From: Treponemataceae bacterium
Lineage (GTDB): Bacteria > Spirochaetota > Spirochaetia > Treponematales > Rectinemataceae
Direction: 5' to 3'
DNA length: 64,000 nt
NCBI GenBank assembly: GCA_963677895.2
Contig: CAXXGJ010000017.1
Coordinates: 96,001-160,000 of the forward strand
Program-made: the position numbers and the translations under genes
The notes under the pieces: model-generated
The model's input: the letters and a program-made list of their open reading frames with translations, nothing else
Databases searched by the model: none
What the model was told of the DNA's origin: nothing
In this document: positions 58,312 through 64,000 of the stretch, in pieces
Layout: each line of letters starts with the position of its first letter
How positions within the stretch are numbered: the stretch's first letter is position 1

Positions 58312-59619
58312 ATGAATTGGCTCGATGTCTACAAAAGCAAGCTGATATCCATCGACGAGGCCGTGTCCATGATCCGGAGCGACAACGACATAATCGTCGG
58401 CCAGTGCGCCTCCGAGCCCCAGGGCTGCATGTCGCGCTTCCATATCGTGGGCGACAGAGTGACCGATGTCAGGGTCTTCTCCGTCCTCACCCTGAAGCCC
58501 TACGACTTCTACATGAAGCCCGAGATGAAAGGCCACTTCGAGCTGGCCTCCTGGTTCCACGCCCCGGGATCGCGCGCCGCCCTCAAGGCCGGGACCGGCA
58601 CGGTCACCTACGTCCCCAACATGCTGCACCGCGCGGCCACGGACAGGATCCACGCCCACCGGCCCGAGATATTCTTCGGCACCTGCACCCCCCCCGACAA
58701 GCACGGCTTCGTCTCCCTCTCCCTCGGCATCACCTACGAGAAGGACATGGTCGAAGCGGCGAAGCTCGTCGTGCTCGAGGTGAATCCCCGCCTCCCGCGC
58801 ACCTTCGGCGACACCCAGGTCCATGTTTCGCAGGTCGGCTATTTCGTCGAGTACGACCAGGAAGTGCCCAGCCTTCCAGCCCCCAACCCCGACGCCACCG
58901 ACATGGCTATCGGCGCCCATATCGCGGAGCTCGTCGACGACGGTTCGACCATCCAGCTCGGCATAGGCGGGATTCCCAACGCGGCAGCCCTCGCCCTGCG
59001 CGACAAGAAGGACTTGGGCGTGCATACGGAGATGCTGGTAGATTCCATGATGGAGCTGTACGAGATGGGCGTGGTGACGAACGCCAGGAAGGCGCTCAAA
59101 AAAGGAAAGTTCATCACTACCTTCGCGATGGGTTCGCGCAGGTTCTACGACTGGCTCGACGACAACGTAGCCGTCGAGTTCCAACGCGGTCGCTGGACGA
59201 ACGACCCGTCGATCGTCGCCCAGAATTCGAAGATGGTGTCGATCAACACCTGCATTTCAGTGGATCTCACCGGCCAGGTGGCGAGCGAGAGCATCGGCCC
59301 CAACCAGTATTCGGGCACAGGCGGCCAATCAGACACGGCCACGGGCGCCGTGGCTGGCTTCGACGGTCTCGGGAAAAGCATCATCGCCTGCTACAGCACG
59401 GCGAAAAATGGCACTGTCTCGACCATCGTCCCCATGCTCCCCGAAGGTTCGGCCGTCACCCTGCACCGCAGCCTCGTGGATCATGTCGTCACCGAGAACG
59501 GCATCGCCCGCCTGCGCGGCAGGACGGTGCGCGAAAGGGCCAGGGAGCTTATCGCCATCGCGAAGCCCGAATTCAGGGATGAGCTGACTTCCAAGGCCAA
59601 GGCCTTGGGCTATCTATGA
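58312..59619 (+). CDS. Acetyl-CoA hydrolase/transferase family CoA-transferase (4-hydroxybutyrate CoA-transferase-like)
   Basis: QLGIGGIPNA, GVHTEM (catalytic Glu), SGTGGQ.D and VVTENGIA.LRG; AAGGAG RBS. Confidence 0.9.
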   Translation: MNWLDVYKSKLISIDEAVSMIRSDNDIIVGQCASEPQGCMSRFHIVGDRVTDVRVFSVLTLKPYDFYMKPEMKGHFELASWFHAPGSRAALKAGTGTVTYVPNMLHRAATDRIHAHRPEIFFGTCTPPDKHGFVSLSLGITYEKDMVEAAKLVVLEVNPRLPRTFGDTQVHVSQVGYFVEYDQEVPSLPAPNPDATDMAIGAHIAELVDDGSTIQLGIGGIPNAAALALRDKKDLGVHTEMLVDSMMELYEMGVVTNARKALKKGKFITTFAMGSRRFYDWLDDNVAVEFQRGRWTNDPSIVAQNSKMVSINTCISVDLTGQVASESIGPNQYSGTGGQSDTATGAVAGFDGLGKSIIACYSTAKNGTVSTIVPMLPEGSAVTLHRSLVDHVVTENGIARLRGRTVRERARELIAIAKPEFRDELTSKAKALGYL

Positions 59620-60654
59620 TCTGTCGATCCTGATATCGCCCGAGGCCGAGCTGATTTTTACGGGTATGAGGCCGGTACCGAACCTGATGGTCCGCGCGCC
59701 GTTCTGGATGCCTTCGCATTCCACGTCGCCCGAGACCGTGGACCAGCCCACCGTGGCATCGATGTCCCTCGGGCAGAGCAGCGAGATGTCGCCCGATGCC
59801 GTGGTCACCGATACCCTGTTGCACTGATCGTCCATCTCCACCTCGACGGAACCCGATGCCGTCTCGATGGAGATATTTTCCGTGCAGCCCGCGAGGGCTA
59901 TATCGCCGGAGGCCGTCGTCACCTCGATGTCGCCCGAGCAGAGTCTCACGTCGACATCGCCGGAGGCCGTCTGGATCGAAAGATCGCCTACCCTGTCCTC
60001 GACGACGACGTCTCCCGAAAGGGTCCTGACCGAAAGTTGATCCACCGTGCTCGGTATCCCGATTTCGAGGGTTTCAGGCTCACGGGGACCGCCTGTGGCC
60101 ACGATCTCCATGGTCCTGTCGTCGCGATTCATTATTCTGAATGAAGGGGTGTCGTCGCCGTTGGCCTTTACCGAGAGGCCGGAAGTCGAGAGAAGGATTT
60201 TGACGTCGGTCGATTTCGTCCTGCAGATGATCTCCCTCACGTTTCCAATCGGCAGATCCTTGAAACGCAGGGTCCTGCCGCCGTCGCCCCGCTCGCGCTC
60301 GGCGTCCTTGAAGATCGTGGCGACGTTGAAAGCCCTGCGGATCACGTCCCCCAGGTCTTCCCCGTCTATGGTGATGCGCGTCTTGGCTTTGACTCGTTCT
60401 TTTTTATCGTCCGCGCGGTCTTTTTCCTCGGATCCGGTTTTTTGGCAGGTGACGCCCGATTCCTTGCAGAGACATTCGGCGAAGGTCTCGGGCTTTTCGA
60501 GGCCGGCGACGATCTCCTCTTCGCTCATATCGGGATGCTTGAGCGCCAGCTCATCGATATGGTCTTCGATTTCGAGGAGGATGTCCCTCCTCGAGTCCTC
60601 TTCGAAGCCCTCCAGGCCCCGCGAAAGCGCTTCGATGTATTCTTTCCTTGTCAT
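59614..60654 (-). CDS. DUF1700 (HAAS) plus DUF4097 beta-solenoid repeat protein
   Basis: MTRKEYIEALSRGL...SEEEIVAGL N-terminus; repeated T(A/V/L)SG(D/S)(V/I) units. Confidence 0.8.
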   Translation of the reverse strand: MTRKEYIEALSRGLEGFEEDSRRDILLEIEDHIDELALKHPDMSEEEIVAGLEKPETFAECLCKESGVTCQKTGSEEKDRADDKKERVKAKTRITIDGEDLGDVIRRAFNVATIFKDAERERGDGGRTLRFKDLPIGNVREIICRTKSTDVKILLSTSGLSVKANGDDTPSFRIMNRDDRTMEIVATGGPREPETLEIGIPSTVDQLSVRTLSGDVVVEDRVGDLSIQTASGDVDVRLCSGDIEVTTASGDIALAGCTENISIETASGSVEVEMDDQCNRVSVTTASGDISLLCPRDIDATVGWSTVSGDVECEGIQNGARTIRFGTGLIPVKISSASGDIRIDRS

Positions 60655-61007
60655 AGTGCCGTTCCTCTGCCCGAAATGCGCGTGCGGGCCCGATCACTTC
60701 TATCGTATTCCTCCAGCATGGCGGAAAGCAATGCCGAACCCAACCCGGTTATACTGTAATATTTTCGGGGATGTCCCACGTCGGGGGTTTCCCAGCTGGA
60801 CGATATGCTGCCGTCTCTCGTCATCCGCATGAGAAGGGGATAGAGCGTTCCTTCGGATACATCGATGCCTATGGTCTTCAGGCTTTCCATCATCTCGAGC
60901 CCATAGCTGCGCCCGCTGGAGCCCAGGAGCTCCAGTATGCAGAGCTCCAGAAAGCCTTTCCGGAACTGGCTTTTCCATTTTTCAAAAAGCTCGCCAGACA
61001 TATCCAT
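60651..61007 (-). CDS. PadR-family transcriptional regulator
   Basis: SQFRKGFLELCIL, YGLE, EGTLYPLL.R and PRKYYSIT. Confidence 0.92.
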   Translation of the reverse strand: MDMSGELFEKWKSQFRKGFLELCILELLGSSGRSYGLEMMESLKTIGIDVSEGTLYPLLMRMTRDGSISSSWETPDVGHPRKYYSITGLGSALLSAMLEEYDRSDRARTRISGRGTAL

Positions 61008-61123
61008 GAGCTTTTCCTTTCAGGGAAGAAAGATAGCGGGACGCGGGCGCTGTCGTCTCGCGGCGATGCGCCTGCCCTACCCCTTCCCTTTGCCTTCCGC
61101 GTCATCGCGGAGGGGCGCTCGGC

Positions 61124-61372
61124 TCAGAACGGCTGATTTTTGCCGAAAGACGTCGCCATGAAGTATTGGACCATCTCCCTGCCCGAGTATATATCGACCC
61201 TTCCGTCCCTGCCATAGACATCGCGCATCGCGTGACGGTCTCCGATCTCCCTGTAGCGATCGGTTTCGCGGACTTTTGGCTCGACACCTGGCTGCAATGC
61301 ACCGGAAACCGCGTGCACCATTCTCTGGAGTGATCGCATCACGCGCTTCACATCCATCAGAATCGCTTCCAT
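61124..61372 (-). CDS. Small hypothetical protein, 82 aa
   Basis: AAGGAG RBS and upstream TTGAAA-N17-TATATT promoter; no recognisable motif. Confidence 0.55.
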   Translation of the reverse strand: MEAILMDVKRVMRSLQRMVHAVSGALQPGVEPKVRETDRYREIGDRHAMRDVYGRDGRVDIYSGREMVQYFMATSFGKNQPF

Positions 61373-61391
61373 GGTTCTCTCCTTTTCAAGA

Positions 61392-61436
61392 ATACCTTGT
61401 ATTGCATAATATAATTGTGTGCCTATTATTTTTCAA
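61392..61436 (-). promoter_or_regulatory. Sigma70 promoter with an overlapping imperfect palindrome (candidate PadR box)
   Basis: Minus strand TTGAAA-N17-TATATT overlapping TATTATGCAATACAAGGTA. Confidence 0.5.
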
Positions 61437-61529
61437 TAGCTTGGCGCGAATTTTTTATCGAATTGCGCGTTTTTTTTTGCGCGCAGGTCGGCCATTGACC
61501 GCTGCCCTGTCTTTGACAACAATGAAGCC

Positions 61530-62297
61530 GTGTACAGCGATTCGCACCTGCATCTCGTCGATCTCAACGACAGGGGTCCCGATTTTCTCTCGAGCTTTCC
61601 GGTTCCCGACTGGCGCGGCGCCGTAGTCGCCCATGATATCGAGGAATTCGAGAGGTCGGAGACCCTGCGGGCGAGCATTCCCTTCACAGTCGCGGGTTTC
61701 GGCATCCACCCCCAGGCGATACGCTGGGATACGGCGGATTATATGCGGGAGCTCGCGGAGAAGGGAAAGATCGCCTTCATCGGCGAAGCCGGATTCGAGT
61801 TTTTCGGCGACAGGCCCGAATGGATCAGGAACGACGAGAATATCAAAAGACAGCGCGAAGCCTTCGAATTCCAGCTGACCCTCGCGGTCGCCAAGGGACT
61901 TCCCCTTCTCATACATTCCAGGAAGGGATTGGACCTGATAATGGGCTATGGCAGGGAGCTCCGGAAGCTGCCGGCCCTCATCTTCCACGGATGGCCCGGC
62001 CGCATTCAGGACGCGCAGGCCTTCCTGAAAAAAGGCGTTCCGGCCTACTTTTCCTTCGGCATGACCCTGCTCCGGGACGCGAAACACGCCATGGAAACCT
62101 GCGCGGCCATTCCCGAGGACAGGATCCTTTCGGAAACGGACGCCCCCTGGCAGCCGCCCAAAGGCGAGACCTGGACGAGTCCCGGAAAGATCGCGGCGGT
62201 TTCGCGGAGCATCGCGGCGATACGAGGGATCCACACCGAGGCGATGAACCTGCTGCTGCGGAAAAACTTCAATAAAGCCTTCGGCGTCAAGGAATAG
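61530..62297 (+). CDS. tatD: TatD-family nuclease
   Basis: DSHLH, GIHP, IGEAG, IHSR, IFHG and ETDAP. Confidence 0.9.
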   Translation: MYSDSHLHLVDLNDRGPDFLSSFPVPDWRGAVVAHDIEEFERSETLRASIPFTVAGFGIHPQAIRWDTADYMRELAEKGKIAFIGEAGFEFFGDRPEWIRNDENIKRQREAFEFQLTLAVAKGLPLLIHSRKGLDLIMGYGRELRKLPALIFHGWPGRIQDAQAFLKKGVPAYFSFGMTLLRDAKHAMETCAAIPEDRILSETDAPWQPPKGETWTSPGKIAAVSRSIAAIRGIHTEAMNLLLRKNFNKAFGVKE

Positions 62298-62306
62298 GAA
62301 AACCAC

Positions 62307-63503
62307 ATGTTCAGACCCTTCGAACTGGAACGCTATTTCGCGAAGCATGAATTTTCGGCGCGCTATCTGCTCTGCACTTCCGACTGTGAAAGCATGTCGG
62401 TCAGGGATCTCCTGTCCATGGAGCCCGGGGCCGAGGAAAGCCTGCTCTCGACATGGCTCGGCTACACCGAATCGAGGGGCAATCCGACGCTGAGGAAGGA
62501 AATAGCGGCCCTCTACGATTCCATGGACGAAGATGAGGTCCTGGTCCACGCAGGCGCGGAGGAGGCGATTCTCAATCTTTTCACCGCTCTCGTCCGGCCG
62601 GGACAAACGGTAATCGTCAATACGCCCTGTTACCAATCCCTGAGCGAAGTGCCGCGGGCTCTCGGCGCCCGCGTCGTCCCCTGGCATCTACGTCCGGCCG
62701 AGGGCCGGTGGTTCCTGGACCCCGACGAACTGGCCGAACTGCTGGCTATCCATGCGGGAGGGGGAACCGGAATGGCCCCTATCGTCGTGATGAACATGCC
62801 CCACAACCCGACGGGCGCCCTCCTTACGCGCGGGGAATTCGACCGCGTCGTTTCGCTCTGCGAGAGCCGTGGAGCCATACTCGTCTGTGACGAAGTCTAC
62901 AGGTTCCTGGAAACCGATCCGCGCGATCGCCTGCCCGCCGTCTGCGACACGTATGAAAATGGAATTTCACTCTCAGTGCTTTTCAAAGCCTGGGGCCTGG
63001 CGGGGCTGAGGATAGGATGGATCGCCGCCAAACGCCGCGACATCCTCGATTCAGTGGCCCAGGTCAAGGATTATAATTCCATCTGCGCCTCCGCGCCCTC
63101 GGAAACCTTGGCCGGAGTCGCCCTGCGCCATTCGGGCGAGATCATCGCGCACAGCAGGGATATCTGCGCCAAAAATCTGGCCTCCTTCTCGCGTTTTTTC
63201 GCTAACAGGGAAGATATGTTCGAATGGATTCCGCCCCGCGGCGGTTCGGTCGCTTTTCCGAGGCTGAGGATAGGCGGGGGAAGCGGCAGGTGGGTGAACG
63301 CGGAAAGAAAATGGACCGGCAAGGATTCAGGGATCAGCGCCGCTGTGCTCGCCGAAAGGCTGCTGGAGGAACGGGGAATCCTCATCCTTCCGGGGATCTG
63401 CTACGATTACGATCCCGCCCATTTCCGGATCGGCCTCGGCCGCAGGCAGGTGCCGGAAGCGCTCGCTTTGCTTGACGAGTGGCTCGCGGCGCAAGGATTG
63501 TAG
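62307..63503 (+). CDS. Class I/II PLP-dependent aminotransferase
   Basis: FELERYFAKHEF, PHNPTG, CDEVYR, KAWGLAGLRIGW and FRIGLG. Confidence 0.9.
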   Translation: MFRPFELERYFAKHEFSARYLLCTSDCESMSVRDLLSMEPGAEESLLSTWLGYTESRGNPTLRKEIAALYDSMDEDEVLVHAGAEEAILNLFTALVRPGQTVIVNTPCYQSLSEVPRALGARVVPWHLRPAEGRWFLDPDELAELLAIHAGGGTGMAPIVVMNMPHNPTGALLTRGEFDRVVSLCESRGAILVCDEVYRFLETDPRDRLPAVCDTYENGISLSVLFKAWGLAGLRIGWIAAKRRDILDSVAQVKDYNSICASAPSETLAGVALRHSGEIIAHSRDICAKNLASFSRFFANREDMFEWIPPRGGSVAFPRLRIGGGSGRWVNAERKWTGKDSGISAAVLAERLLEERGILILPGICYDYDPAHFRIGLGRRQVPEALALLDEWLAAQGL

Positions 63504-63564
63504 GATCGCTCCGGCCGGCCGCAGCCGCGGACGCCGCAAGTAGCCGCTGTGTACAGACGCGCCC

Positions 63565-64000
63565 TCAATCGCCGAACAGAAATCGCCGCGGGTTTTCCGA
63601 ACAGAAGGCGTTCTTCAACTCGGGGTTGATCGCGCTCCCCGAAAAAATCCTGAAATAGTCGGCGTAGGATCTCACTTTTATCAGATTGACCATGAAGTCG
63701 GAACCGAACATGATCCGCTTTTCGGCCACCTTTCTCTTGGCCGGATCCATGCTTCCCAACGTGACGAGCAGGGAATCGTAATATTCCGGCGCGACGCCGT
63801 TGAAGGAAAAATCCCCGTAGACCCCCGGGAAATCCGTCATGAGGCCGAAAATCGCATCCCGCCACTCGGTGGGCGGCGGCGCCAGGCGATTGGGAATGCT
63901 GTACTGGGCGCCTAGATGGGCAAAGTTCACGATAAGGCGGGGATACTTTTCCAGGGCGGGCCGATAGCGCGCGGGGGAAGTATTGCGCCAGGCTTCCTCG
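63565..64000 (-). CDS. Amidohydrolase_2-family metallohydrolase, C-terminal part; start lies beyond the window
   Basis: Frame open to the right edge: ...LEKYPRLIVNFAHLG, VYGDFS, RIMFGSDF and ENPRRFL. Confidence 0.75.
   Translation of the reverse strand, partial: EEAWRNTSPARYRPALEKYPRLIVNFAHLGAQYSIPNRLAPPPTEWRDAIFGLMTDFPGVYGDFSFNGVAPEYYDSLLVTLGSMDPAKRKVAEKRIMFGSDFMVNLIKVRSYADYFRIFSGSAINPELKNAFCSENPRRFLFGD

Noticed and set aside
5283..59582. Many long antisense or alternative-frame ORFs (for example 5283-6755, 8754-10103, 21623-22924, 23173-24531, 39863-41170, 52702-53826, 58269-59582)
   Set aside because: They overlap well-supported genes, lack RBSs and motifs, and are expected from stop-codon scarcity in GC-rich DNA.
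62970..63020. Phe instead of Ser before the PLP lysine of the aminotransferase (LFKAWG) as a sign of inactivation
   Set aside because: It is a single substitution (TTC versus TCC) with the Lys, Asp, Asn and Arg motifs intact; not enough to call a pseudogene or new function.

Overview
This is a GC-rich bacterial chromosomal window, most likely from a free-living spirochaete of the Treponematales/Rectinema type. That placement is inferred from the fused pyrBI, a bacterial Rsm22-family gene and the BMP/lipoprotein repertoire. It holds about 52 CDSs and three tRNAs (Asp-GTC, Pro-CGG, Leu-TAA). I see no integrase, transposase, prophage, rRNA or CRISPR array. Housekeeping genes (trxA, rpiB, rlmD, pyrBI, rlmB, tdh, valS, deoC, tatD) are mixed with four scavenging-type modules. 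(1) A cell-wall peptide/amino-sugar cluster at 19.7-28.8 kb: nagA, two Alr paralogues, a DapF with both catalytic Cys replaced by Ser, an M20 peptidase, an LD-carboxypeptidase, a C26 gamma-glutamyl hydrolase and lysA. (2) A nucleoside uptake/catabolism cluster at 31-38 kb. (3) An acyl-CoA synthetase plus a GlpA-like flavoprotein coupled to an SdhB-like Fe-S protein at 41.4-46.3 kb. (4) A 13-kb TetR-associated acyl-CoA cluster at 46.3-59.6 kb: two non-canonical FabH-fold enzymes, FabG, a Liv-type ABC importer, two alpha/beta hydrolases, an HDCF-type thiolase and a CoA-transferase, with a visible twin operator. Other notable signals are a Thr-stalked GH12-fold lipoprotein lacking both catalytic glutamates, an in-frame DMT-FdhD fusion, a small alarmone hydrolase-like gene overlapping valS, a recurrent leaderless-mRNA promoter architecture and several short tandem duplications. 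All product calls come from motif recognition by eye; no database searches were run.
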